Shown here in pieces: positions 1 through 11,841 of a DNA stretch of 40,508 bases. Origin of the DNA: Lama guanicoe (lineage: Eukaryota); assembly GCA_013239625.1 (NCBI GenBank), contig MU053685.1:10133-50640 (forward strand). The letters are read 5' to 3'. The notes beneath the pieces are model-generated. The model did no database searches, was not told the origin of the DNA, and saw nothing but the letters and a program-made list of their open reading frames with translations. The stretch's first letter is position 1; each line of letters begins with the position of its first letter. A program made the position numbers and the translations under genes.

Positions 1-142
1 CTAATCTGCATGATTTTGAACACTGCAGCTTCAAATGCTGCTTTGGCAGGCCTGCACAGATAAACTGCTAGGCCATCACTATGGTTCTCAACCTGAGTAA
101 CTGTGACATCACAAAACGACTGGTCTCTTAGCAACTCAATTT
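1..142 (-). promoter_or_regulatory. Putative 5' UTR/promoter of the neighbouring HSFY copy lying just left of the window
   Basis: Bases 1-120 match 34779-34898 with 11 mismatches. TGACATCA is at 104-111 and GTCTCTTAGCAAC at 123-135. Confidence 0.6.
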
Positions 143-1269
143 TAACATTCAGCCAGTGTTTATTCTCATTCATCCAGTTAAAATTAAACATATAGGATGC
201 TTATTTTTATGGTGTGATCTGCAATTATTTTCCCCACAAAATCTTTTTAAACAATTTAATATTGGGGTCTATTAAATAAAACCAATCTCCATCATTTTGT
301 ACACAATTTTATAACAGATTGGTGAACAGAGTATAAGTAATGCACAAAATGTATAAAATAATTTTAAAGTTTTGGAAATTAAAGAGAAATTTGTTAAAAC
401 CTGTACAGAAAAGGTAGAAAAATTTCATCATCATTTGTAATTAAAGTGAAACATAATCTGATTTGGAAATGGAAGTAGGTATTTACTTGTGTATTGTACA
501 ATAAGTAGCTCTATATTCAAAACATGAGAAGAATAAACATCAGTTTATTTCTTATGTTAATATATAAATAGTTAGTATTTATGAAATAATTCTAAATAAA
601 AATAATCAATCAAATTTAAGAAATCCCAAAGGGGGGATTTTTGTTTTAAATTGTAATTTAGTGCTATAATTGAAGCAAATATAATTTAATATTCTACATT
701 AAAATTGCAAAAGAGACAATCTTATTGTATATTACAAATATTTATTTTTGCCATTCTTTCACTTAGAGGTTTATCAGTCCCTAGAAGTAATAAATTTTCT
801 TGTCATCTTTATAATCCATATCCTTAGGGCTTCTGTTAAGTGTTCCAAAATGATGTTGATAAATAGACTTATGCAGAAGATCCTGGGTTCAATAAGCAAT
901 GCCTACATTAAGGGGCAAACAAACAAAAAAATCAAAAAACAAAGACATAACAGTATATGTCGGTTGGGGTGGAAAATATCAGATAATGTATTTTAGGAAG
1001 CAATATGTTTCTCAGTCCTGAAACTGTTGGCATTGTTAGTATAGTACGACATTTTAAGGCAAGTGTTTTGCGCAGTAATTGTAAATAATAACTATGTTCT
1101 TTATCAGTAAACTGTAGTAAATCCAGTTCTACCAATACTTATATTATTTATTTAGAAATGAATTCCATTAAACATAAGCCAAATTCAAAATGAGAGATAA
1201 AATTGTAAATAAATAAATGTACCCTCAAGCTGCAATGTAAATTTTTCCTTCACTATGTGTATATTCCAT

Positions 1270-2050
1270 TCTAAATAAATATTAGCAATCTGAATACATG
1301 GCATATTATAAGTATTATAAACTATAGTTAAGTAGGATTTAGTCCTGATTCATAAATAATATTTAACATACACAAAATAAAATATGTGATACAATACCTT
1401 TAAAAAACAAAGAATTCAAAAATAACAATCTCAAAATATGTAGGAAAATTATTGACAGATCTGATCTTAACTTTTTATAAAAATATTCTTAAATTCGCTC
1501 TAGATAGAATGTAACTAAGCATAATAAAAGCCATATATGAAAAACCCATGACTAACATCAAGTGCAATGTTAACATACAGGAAGGTTTTCCGCTGGTCTA
1601 TTAATAAGAAAAAGTAGCTCATATTCACAAGTCCTAAATAACACTACTAGAAGTCCTAGCCAGAACAACTAGTGAAGAAAAAATATAAAATTCATCCAAC
1701 TTTTAATAAAGCAGTGAAGTTTTTCAGATGACATATTTATGCATAGATGGAAAACTCCATAGACTCCTTCAGTGGGTATTACAAATAATGAACAAGTTTA
1801 GTAAACTTGCAGAATACAAAATCAATATAAACATATCCACTGCATTTTTGTATAGTAACAACACATTATCAGAAAGAGAAATTAGTAAAAGTATTTGGTG
1901 TAAATTTATACCAAAAAGAATAAAATAGGAATAAATTTGCTAAGTGAAACAAAACTTATGAACATAGATCTATAAATTATAGGTGCAAGAAATATAAGTA
2001 AACAATATAAATCGAAAAATATTCTGTGCTCATGGATTGTATATAATGTG
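1270..2050 (+). mobile_element. Old LINE-1 ORF2 (RT region) fragment
   Basis: Decayed L1 ORF2 sequence, e.g. aaagccatatatgaaaaaccca, gaagtcctagccagaaca, cagatgacat. ORF 1728-1928 contains NKFSKLAEYKINI. Confidence 0.8.
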
Positions 2051-2064
2051 AGGAAATATTCTAC

Positions 2065-2625
2065 TCTATCTTTCACATGTTAAAACTCCCCAGCAGTAAT
2101 TATTGTGGAGAATGCCTTTTCTTAATTTTATACTCTTGCTTCCTTTTTCATGGGTTAATTGATAATAGGTTTGAGGGATTATATCAGGTTGCTCTATTCT
2201 CTTCTATTGATTGGTGTCTGTTTTTAAGCCAGTATCATGTTATTTTAATTATTAAAGCTTGGTAGGACTGTTTAACATCAGAGAATATTACACCATTAGA
2301 TTTAATACTCTTTTTCATGATTATTTTGGCAACTCATGATTGTTGTGTTTACATATAAATTTTAAAATTATTTGTTTTATTTATTGGAAAAATCTCATGG
2401 GTATTTTCAAATCAATCACACTAAATGTAGATTCCTTTGGGTAGTATGGTTGTTTCAACCACATTTTTCACATCATTAACATAAGAGATCATTTCATTTC
2501 TTTGGATCAGTTTTAATTTCCTTTATCAATATTTTCTGTGTTTTAACATTTAGGTTTTCACCATATTTGTTAACTTCATTTATAGGTGTTCTTTACATAT
2601 ATATACAATTATATAAATAATAATT
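2065..2625 (-). mobile_element. Old LINE-1 ORF2 fragment, antisense
   Basis: Reverse-complement L1 ORF2 motifs: ctattgattggtgtctgtttttaagccagtatcatg and gtagattcctttgggtagtatgg. Confidence 0.75.
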
Positions 2626-2644
2626 TTAAACTCATTTTCTACAC

Positions 2645-5600
2645 AAATACAGCAGGCAGAAGTCAGTGGCAAGACATATTCAAAGTCCGCAATGAAAGAA
2701 AGCTGTAATCTAAGATACTTTATCAAACAAGGCTATCTCTTAGAATAGAAGGATAGATAAATAACTTCCATACTAGCAAACACTTAAAGAATTTAGCAAG
2801 AGAAAAAGAAATAAAGAAAGATCTACTCTAAACAAAGAAGAAGCAGGATGATATACAAAAGAGAAAGGCATAATTAGAAAGGCAACATCTACAATGGTTT
2901 ACAGCAAAATAAATATGATGTTGTAAAAGAGGAACCAAAATTTTTAAGGGTCAGAGAGTGAAACAGGAAAATACAGAGTGTTTTCTTCTTGTTTCTGTTC
3001 CCTGAAGGATGGGTTTGAGTTTGTGTTATTATCAGTTAAAATAAACAAATATAGTACAGGTGAAGATACATACAAAACAAGGTTACCCTAAGTCAAAAGC
3101 TTACAATGAAGTCACAAAGCCAAAAAGAAAACAAGATAATTAAAGAAAACTTATCAAGCCACAGAAACAAAAAGAAATGTACAAAAAGAAAATTCCAAAT
3201 CCACTGGAGAATGAAGTTCAATATGGAAATAAACACCCACCTATCAATAATTACCACAAATCATAATGGACTTAGTTCTTCAATCAAAAGATATATATTG
3301 TCAAATGGGATAATATAACAAGACCCTACATTATAAAGCATAGAAGGCACCCACTTTAGTAAGAGGAACACACATCAATTGAAAGTCAGAATGTGAAAAA
3401 ATTTATTCCATGCAAATGCACATGACAAGAAAGCATGACTAGAAGTACTGACTTCACACAAAGAGACTTTACAAAAAAGGCCATAGAGAAAGATAAACAA
3501 GTACATGATATAATGATTAAAGGAGAAAATCAAAATGAGGGTATTATACACATTAAATATATGCACTCAATATATGAGCACTTAAATACATAAAGCAAAC
3601 ACTAATAGATAAAAATAGAGAAATCCCTGGGAACGCAAATAATGTAGGAGACTATAAATCTCCATTACCTTCACTGGCCTGGTCTTTCACACAGAAAATT
3701 AATACAGGAACAAAGATATTAAAATACATTATAAAATAATTGGAGATGATATTTTCAAAATAGTACTTCTCCCCATAAAAGAATATACATTCATTTCCTC
3801 TGCACAAGGAACATTTTCTATGAAAGATTATGTACTCAGGCACTCAAGAAGCCTCAACAAATTGAAGAAGATAAAAATTATTTCAAGCATCTTTTCTGAG
3901 TATAGTACCATGAAACTAGAAAACAATCACAGAAAAACAGGGAGAAAAAATGACAGCATCCAGATTAAAAAACATGGTACTAAAACAAGGGGGTGANNNN
4001 NNNNNNNNNNNNNNNNNNNNNNTGATGAAATAAGAAATTAAAAAATATCTTGAGAAATATGACAAAACACTACACAAAGTCTTTGGAATACTGTTAAAGC
4101 AGGCTTAAGAGGGAAGTTCATAGTGACAAAGCTCTCCTCAAAGAAAAACAACAATTTCAAATATATAATGTAACATTCTGTGTAAACTAATCAAGAAAAG
4201 AAGAGCAAACAAAACCAAAAGTCAACAGAAAGAGGGAAAAAATAAAGATCAAGGAAGAAATAATTGAAATAGATTTTAAAAAATAGAAAGAAATCAATCA
4301 ATGCTTTTTTGAAATAGTAAATAAAAATTGACAAATCTCTGGACAGGATCACTAACAAGAATAGAGAGAGAACACAAATAATATTAGAAATGAAAATGCA
4401 GAAACTACAAAGAGAACAACAAATTTACAATATATCATAAGGGAATACCATGAGCAACTGTGTGGAAACAAACTGGATAATGAGGAAAAAATGGAGAAGT
4501 TTTTGGAAACATTCAGCCCACCAATATTTCATCAAGGAGAAGTTAGCCATTTGAACATACAGATCACCAGAAATCGAACAGACTTATCAATAAAATAAAA
4601 AATCTCTGCAAAAAAATTTCAAACCCAAATACCTTCACTGGGGAAATTGACCAAACATACTATGAAAAATCCATACAAGTCCTCCTCAAACTCTTCCAAA
4701 AGATTGATATGGAGAGAGTACTCCCAAACTTACACCATAAGGCCAACGTCAACCTGATACCATAACCAGACAAAGACACTACCCCAAAAAGAAAACTATA
4801 GCCCAATATCATTGATAAACATAGAAGTAAAAGTCCTTAAGAAATTATTAACAAACAGAATCCAACAGCATGTAAAAAATGATCATGAACCATGGACAAG
4901 TTAAGTTCACCCCAGGAACACAAGGATTGTTGAACATATGCAAATCAATCAATGAATTGTGATACACCATATCAACAAAAGAGAAGACAAAAACGATATG
5001 ATCATATCAGTAGTTGGAGAAAAAACATTTGATAAAATTTAACACCTATTTGCAATAAAAGTTCTTATCACAGTGGGCATAGAGGGACCATATCTCAACA
5101 TAATGAAAGCAGTTAATGACAAACATATAGCCAGCATAATACTCAGTGGTGAAAAACTGGAACCCTTCCCACAAAAACCTGAGAGAAGACAAGGATGACC
5201 ATTATCACAAATTAAATCACATATAGTCTTGGAATTCCTAGCTACAACGATCAGGCAAGAAAAAGAAATAAAATTATTCAGACTGGAAAAGAAGAGGTAA
5301 AATTGTCACGATATGCAGACATGACACTATATATAGAAAACTGTAAAAGCTTCACAAAAAATACTTAGGCTAAAATGGGAACTGGGTAAGTTAACCAGAG
5401 TAATGTACAAAAACCAATTACATTTCTTTACACTACCATTGAATCAACAGGAAAACAAAGTACAGAAACAATCACTTTTATAACTGCACCCAAAATTTTA
5501 AAATGCTTAAGAATAACTCTGACCAAGGAGGTGAATGACTTGTACATGGAGAACAAGTAAACATTGATTGAGGAAATCAAGAAAGATTTGAAGAATTGAA

Positions 5601-7435
5601 AGATACACAATGGTCTCGTAATGGAAGAAATAATACTGTTAAAATTGCCATACTACCCAAGGCAATCCACAGACTTAATCTGAGTTCCTATCAAATTATT
5701 CAAAATATTTTTTAGGACTGAAACAAATGATCATAAGGTTTATATAGATACAACAAAGATCCAAAATTTCCAAAACAATATTGAAGACAAAGAAAGAGGC
5801 TAGAAGAATAAACTGCCTGGTCTCCATACACTATTGCAGAGCTACAATAATCAAAACGTCATGATATTGGTACAGAAACAGGCAGATGGACCAATGGAAC
5901 CGAGTAAAGAGCCTTGGAATAAATCTACAGGCCTATTTTCGATTAATATTTTACAGAGTAGCCAAGAATATGACAGAGAAAAGACCATCTCTTTACCAAC
6001 TGGTGTTGGGAAAACTGGATAGCAGCATCAAGGCTATGGAGTTAGAACACTCCTTCACTCCATACACAAGAATACAAAGTGACTTGAAGACTTAAATGTA
6101 AGGCAATACACAGTAAATCTCCTAGAAGAAAACATACACAAAGCACTCTGAGATAAATCGCAGCAATAATCTCCAAGAACAGCATACCCAGGTAATGATG
6201 TAAGAGCAAAATTAATAAATAGGACCTAATTAAACTTATAAGCTTTTGCACAGCAGAGGGAACCATAAACAAAGCAAAATGACAACCAACAGGATTTAAG
6301 AAAATGTTTAGAATTGATAAAACTGACAAAGGCTAAATTTTCATATTTAAAGACTTCATACAACCTAATAATAATACTTTAAAAAAACAAGAAACCCAAT
6401 CTGAAAATGGGCAGAAGCCCTAAACAAGCAATTCTCCATTAGAGACATACAAATGCCACACAGATATATGGAAAAATAATTGCTCACTTTCATTATCAGA
6501 GAATGGCAATTCAAAACCATAATGAAGTATCACCTCTGAATAGTCATAATGGCCATCATTCAAAAGTCTACAGACAATAAATGCTGGGGAAGCTGTGGAG
6601 AAATGGAACCCTCCTACACTGTTGTCAGGAATGTAGTTTGGTGCAGTCATTGTGGAAAACAGGATGGCGATTCCTCTAAAGAATAAAAATAGTCTTAACA
6701 TATGATCCAGCAAACCCACTTCTGGGTATATATCAAAGAGAAACCACACACTGTAAAATGATTATGAATCATTAAATAATGTAAAAAAAAAAAAAGAAGA
6801 GAAACCAAATTCAAAATGTCACCTGCACCCAAATGTTCTTAGCAGTGCTATATAAAAAAGCCACGACATGGAAGTACCATAATTGTTCACCGTCAGATAA
6901 CAGAATACAGATTTTATGCCATATTTACACAATGGAATTATATTCTGCATAAAAAATGATAAAACAATGATATTTGCAGCAAAATGGGTGTCCCCATAAT
7001 GTGTGATTCTAATTGAAGTAAGCCAGAAAGAGAAAGAAAAATAATACATGACATGATATATGTAGAACCTTAAAAAAAATTTTGGATAAGAACACTATGA
7101 TTTCATCTACAAAACTGAAACAAGCTTACAGATCTAATTAATAATCTTTTGGTTACTGCTGAAAGGGGTAGGAGAGGATATATTTGGGAGATGTAGATTT
7201 ATAAATGTTATCTACTATATATAAAAAAAGATTTTTCTAAATTGTCTTTTGTATGACACAGGACAATATGTTAAATATTGTGAAGTTAACTTTAACAGGC
7301 ACACAAATATATGCATGATGTGGGACACTGTGCTATACACCACAAATTAACACATTGTAAATGGCAGTATTTCAATGATAAATAAATGAATAAATAAGTA
7401 AATAAGTAGGTAAATACATAAATAAATAAATAATA
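2645..7435 (+). mobile_element. 5'-truncated LINE-1 (end of ORF1, inter-ORF spacer, decayed ORF2, 3' UTR, (TAAA)n tail)
   Basis: ORF1 C-terminal DNA at ~2660-2830. ORF2 starts at ~3223 (MEINTHLSIITTNHNGLSSSIKR). The RT motif is degraded to YAD-M at ~5312. The C-terminal zinc-knuckle region is at ~6580-6660 and the A-rich tail at 7378-7433. There are many stops and frameshifts. Confidence 0.92.
6747..6796 (+). mobile_element. ~50-bp L1 3'-tail insertion nested in the older L1
   Basis: cacactgtaaaatgattatgaatcattaaataatgt followed by an A tail. It is flanked by an 11-bp TSD aagagaaacca (6736-6746 and 6797-6807) and is nearly identical to 12398-12447. Confidence 0.85.
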
Positions 7436-7439
7436 TTTA

Positions 7440-8313
7440 ATAATAAAAGAAATACAAAAATTCACATTACTTTAATTTACACATGAAGAATCTAGGAGAA
7501 AACAGAAAGAAGAAGAAAATTGAATGAGAAAAAGGGAAATAACAAGAGAAACAATTGAATATATAAAAAGAAAAACCTAAGTCTGATTGTTTTAAACATA
7601 AAGTGGACAAACATTTAGGATGGCTAAGAAAATAAAGACTCATATCAACTAAGAAATAAAACAGAAGATATTACCACTGGTGTTTTAGAGATGCATAGCA
7701 TCATAAGAAATTACCACTAGCCAACAATTTGAATGACCTTGAACAAAAGACAAATTCCCAGAAACATATGTCTTCCAATACTGATTCAAGAAGAAATTAG
7801 ATAGTTAAATAGAGGAAAAGTGTGTTTGAGTAAATCAGTAATCCATACTTCCCAAACCAGAAAATATTTACAAGATGACTTTACTGGTGAATTCTGTGAT
7901 ATATTTGAAGAAAATTTCTCACCAATACTTGCCCAAACTATCCAAGAATTAGAACGGGATGTAAGTATCCAAACTTGTTTTACGATGCCAGCTTAATTTG
8001 CATAACAATGCTAGAAAGGACATTATATGCAAAATATAGAATATTATCCCTGATGTGCATATCTGCCAAAATTCTCAACAAAACACTAGCAAAATGAATT
8101 CAAAAACACATTTAACGTATCATACACATACATGAGTAAAGGGATTTATCCCTGGGTTTAAGGATACTTCAAAATATTCAAATCAATAAAGGTGGCATGC
8201 CACACTAATAGAATGAGAAATAAAACACATATAATCATATCAATAGGTGCAGAAATAGCATTGTATATAATGCAACATCGTTTTAAGATACTCCCAAAAA
8301 ATTAAATTAACCC
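7440..8313 (+). mobile_element. Old LINE-1 ORF2 fragment (linker to start of RT)
   Basis: gatgactttactggtgaattct; atattatccctgatgtgcatatctgccaaaattctcaacaaaacactagcaaa. Confidence 0.8.
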
Positions 8314-8757
8314 TGTCAGAGGCACGATAACATATACACACAAACACTGTGTGGAGAGAAGCGAAGCAGTTCTCTGTTTATTGAGTCTTAGAAAAAGGGT
8401 ATATATAGGACATGCAAAATGCCTCACATATCATCAAAGTTACAACAATGTTAATAATCTTAAGCTATTTATGTCCCCATTCTCCCGCAGTAAGCACAGG
8501 ATGATAAATGATCAAGGATTGTTTTAAAGTTCATCACAGAAGTTCATTAAGTAGGCCATCTCTTATCCAGCCGGCTGTGCCTGTCTTAGGTTGTCCTCCT
8601 CTCAGGATCTTACCCAACATATGCTCTTCAGCCATCCATACTGTATACATTGAGTAGGGCATTTCTTATCCAGCCTGGATATGAGACATTCCTCACAGAT
8701 TTTTTATCAGTTCAGCCCATGGGCTTATTCTCTAGAGCCTTCAGACAGGGGCCTACA
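8314..8757 (-). mobile_element. Solo ERV LTR (~444 bp)
   Basis: TG...CA termini. On the minus strand TATATATA (8407-8400) precedes AATAAA (8382-8377). The flanks aaccc / aacac form an imperfect 5-bp TSD. The segment is non-L1 sequence interrupting L1 DNA. Confidence 0.75.
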
Positions 8758-8819
8758 AACACAACATCCCTTGACAGAAAACTGGATGAAGAAAATTTGA
8801 TGTTTATATGCAAAGGAAT

Positions 8820-9358
8820 CAATAATTTGCATACCTATCAACAGTGTCCACAGTGTTCCATTCTCTCCACAATCTTACCAACATCTATTTCTTTTCCTTT
8901 TGATGAGAGCCTTCTGAAAAGTGTGAGGTCTTATCTCATTTTTGGTTTATGACTTTCCTAATAATTTATAACTCTGAAAACATTTTCATGAGTCATATAG
9001 CCAACTGTATGTTTCTACAGAAAATTGATTCATAACAATGTATTCAGTTCCTATGGACTTTTTTTTTAAATTGGATTGTTTAGTCTTTTTTGTTGTTGGG
9101 GTGTATGAGTTTGCCCTATATTTTGGATATTAACACTTGATTGGAAAATATCACTTGCAAATATATTCTCCCATTGTGTTGGTAGAGTTTTCATTTTATT
9201 GATCATTTCTTCTGCAATGTAAATCTGTTTAGACTGATACAATCATCGTTTGTTAGTTTTGCTTTAACTTCCCTTGCCAGAGGAGACATATGAAGAATCA
9301 AATTAAGTTAAGTGTACTTCTTATGTTTTACCCTAGGATTCTTTGTTTTCAGGTTTTA
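8820..9358 (-). mobile_element. Old LINE-1 ORF2 3' fragment, antisense
   Basis: aatttgcatacctatcaacagtgt...; gtgaggtcttatctcatt; ttgcaaatatattctcccatt. Confidence 0.75.
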
Positions 9359-9359
9359 T

Positions 9360-11830
9360 GTTTTATATGCCCAGGGGTCGAATTGCTGGGTCATATGATA
9401 GGTCTTTTTTTATTATTAAAAGGAAATCCCATACTGTTTCCAAAGCGATTTCACCAATTTTCATTCACACCAGCAGCGTTGGAGTGTCCCTTTTTCTCTA
9501 CAACCTACACAGTATTTATTATTTGTAGACATTTTGATGACAACCCTTCTCACTAGTGTGAGGTAAAACATTATTTTATTTTTTCTTGCATTTGTATAAT
9601 GATTAGCAATGTGAGCATGTTTTTATGTTCCTGATTGTCATCTGTGTGTCTTTTTTAGAGAATTGTCTTCTGCTCATTTTCTGGCTGAGTTGTTTGTAGA
9701 TTTTTGAAATGGAGTTGTATGAACGATGTGTGTATTTTACAAATTAGCCTCTTGTTGATTGCATTGTTTCCTAATGTTTTCTCCCATTTGGAAGCTCATC
9801 TATTGATTCTGTTTATTTTGCTCTGTAGAAGTTTTAAGTTTAATAAGGAACTATTTGATTATTTTGCTTTTATTGTTTTCAGCTTGGAAGAGTGACATAG
9901 GAAACTTTTACAACAATTTATCCTTTTTTTGCCTAAGTTAGTTTTCAGGAGTTTTATTGTGTCATGTATTAGTTTCAGATATTTAAGATATTCTGAGTTT
10001 ATTTTTGTACAGTGTGACGGAGTGTTCTAATTTCATTGATTTACATGTAAACGTCTAGCTTTCTCCACATAACTTGCTGAAGACTGTCTTTTAGGTACTG
10101 CATATTTTTGTATCCTTTGTCATAGTTTAGTTAACCATAGGTGTGATGTTTTATTTCTGCCTCTGTGTTCTGTTCCAGTGATATAGATGTTTGTTTGCTT
10201 TCCAGTATTGTGCTGTTTTGATTACTGTATTTTTATAANNNNNNNNNNNNNNNNNNNNNNNNNNNNNTATAGGTTATCAACTTTGTTCTTTTTCCTGATT
10301 GTTTCTTTTGCAGTTCTGGTTCTTTTGCATTCCATACAAATCTTAGGACTGTTTTTATTTCTGTGGAAAATATCATGTATTTTGATCTGTATCACTTTAT
10401 ATCTGTAGACATATTTTGTAGTATGTATACTTTAACAATATTACTTCCTCAAAACTAAGACATTGAGATTTCTTTGCATCATCTTCAAATTTATTTATCA
10501 GTGTACTTTTGATTTTATTATCTTGTTTTTTCATACGTTTTTCATTTTTTGATCTGATTTCATATGGATTTTTTTAGAATTATGGAATATTTCATTGTTA
10601 GTGTAAAGAAATGTGACAGTTTTTGTATATTTATCATAATCATGCAACTTTGTTAAATGTCTTTATTAGATTTATTTGTTTGGGTGTGGAGAATCTTTTG
10701 CATTCTCTGTATAGATTATTATGTCATCTAAAATAATAACAGTTTTACTTCATTCATTCCAACTTGAATAAATTTTTTTTCTATTCCGATTGCTTTTGCT
10801 AGGACTTCCCATACTGTGTTTAATGGAAATGGTGAGAGTGGGCATCTTTTTCGTATTCCTTAATTTGGCTTTCAGTTTTTCACTTTTGCATATTATGTTG
10901 TCTGTTGTTGTGTAATAAATGACTTTAGTTATTTTGAGATATATTTCCTGAATCCTATTTTGGTAAGAGGTTTCTGTCGTTGTTGCTGAGTTTCTGTCCG
11001 CTGTTGTTGTTGTTGTTGCTGCTGTTGTTGCTGTTCTAATGAATAAATGTTGAATTTTGTGAAATGCTTTGATGGATTTATTGGGATAACCACGTCATTT
11101 TCTCTTTTACTTTTGTTAATGCGGTGTCTCAAACTGATTGATTTGTGTATGTTGAACCTCTTGTGACACTGCAATGAATCCATGTTGATCATGGTGAATG
11201 ATTCATTTTTAGTATTGCTGGATTTAGTTTGCTAATAATATTCAGTAGAGTATTTGCATTAAAATCAATCAAATATGTTGGCTTGAAGTTGTCTTTGCCC
11301 GTACTTTGTTTGTTGGCTTTGCTATCAGGGTGATGAAGTCTTCATAGAATTAATTTGTGAGTTTCCCACTTCTTCAATATTTTTGAATTGTTTGAAGAGT
11401 ATAAGTCCTGCTTTGTATTTTTGTACAGTTCTCCACTGGAGCTGTTTAAATCTGCACTAATATTTACCGATTTTTTTAAATGCTGATTCTATCTTTCTTC
11501 TAGTAATCAGTTTGTTCAAATTATTTTTTCTCCTTATCTCAGTCTGTTTCTGGACATTTGTCTATTTCTTCTAATTTGTCCAGTTTATTGGCATATAAGT
11601 GTTGACAAAATGAACAATTTTTGTATATGTGACTTAACAATTGTTATTTCTCTTCTTTTATTTCTGACTTTTTTTCTTTTGAACATCTCTCTTTTCTTCA
11701 TGAGACATCTGGCTAGAGGTTGTCTGATTTTGCTTATCTTAAAAAGAAAACATAAAACAAAATCATTGGTTTTACTACACTTTTGCATAGTATTTTTTTC
11801 CTCTATAATTTATATTTGCACCTGTAATAT
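9360..11830 (-). mobile_element. Old LINE-1 ORF2 fragment, antisense
   Basis: ORF 10929-11192 (FNIHKSISLRHRINKSKREN) and ORF 11585-11788 (KISKIRQPLAR...KVRNKRREIT) are L1 ORF2-like. The piece restarts at gaattgctgggtcatatg (~9380), overlapping the previous fragment in L1 coordinates, so it is a separate element. Confidence 0.82.
10972..11035. repeat. Imperfect (GTT/GCT)n trinucleotide microsatellite within L1
   Basis: ctgttgttgttgttgttgctgctgttgttgctgtt; this produces the poly-Q in ORF 10929-11192. Confidence 0.85.
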
Positions 11831-11841
11831 TTAGGATCGTG

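Larger units (their letters stand above)
1..6240 (+). repeat. Segmental/tandem duplication, copy A (HSFY upstream region plus L1s)
   Basis: Colinear with 34779-40508 from ctaatctgcatgatt... to ...aaataggacctaat.aaact. The paralogous ORFs 748-996 and 35528-35770 are clearly homologous. Confidence 0.95.

Noticed and set aside
748..996. 82-aa ORF with an 80-aa homologue at 35528-35770, apparently a conserved small gene
   Set aside because: Both start with TTG and show many amino-acid changes consistent with neutral divergence, with no known domain. The similarity is explained by the segmental duplication.
1270..2625. Adjacent +/- L1 pieces suggesting a twin-priming 5' inversion (a similar inverted pair meets at ~26310)
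   Set aside because: The two pieces cover overlapping parts of L1 ORF2, so they are independent insertions rather than one inverted element.
10929..11192. Poly-glutamine ORF
   Set aside because: It is a microsatellite expansion inside a dead L1 ORF2 fragment.
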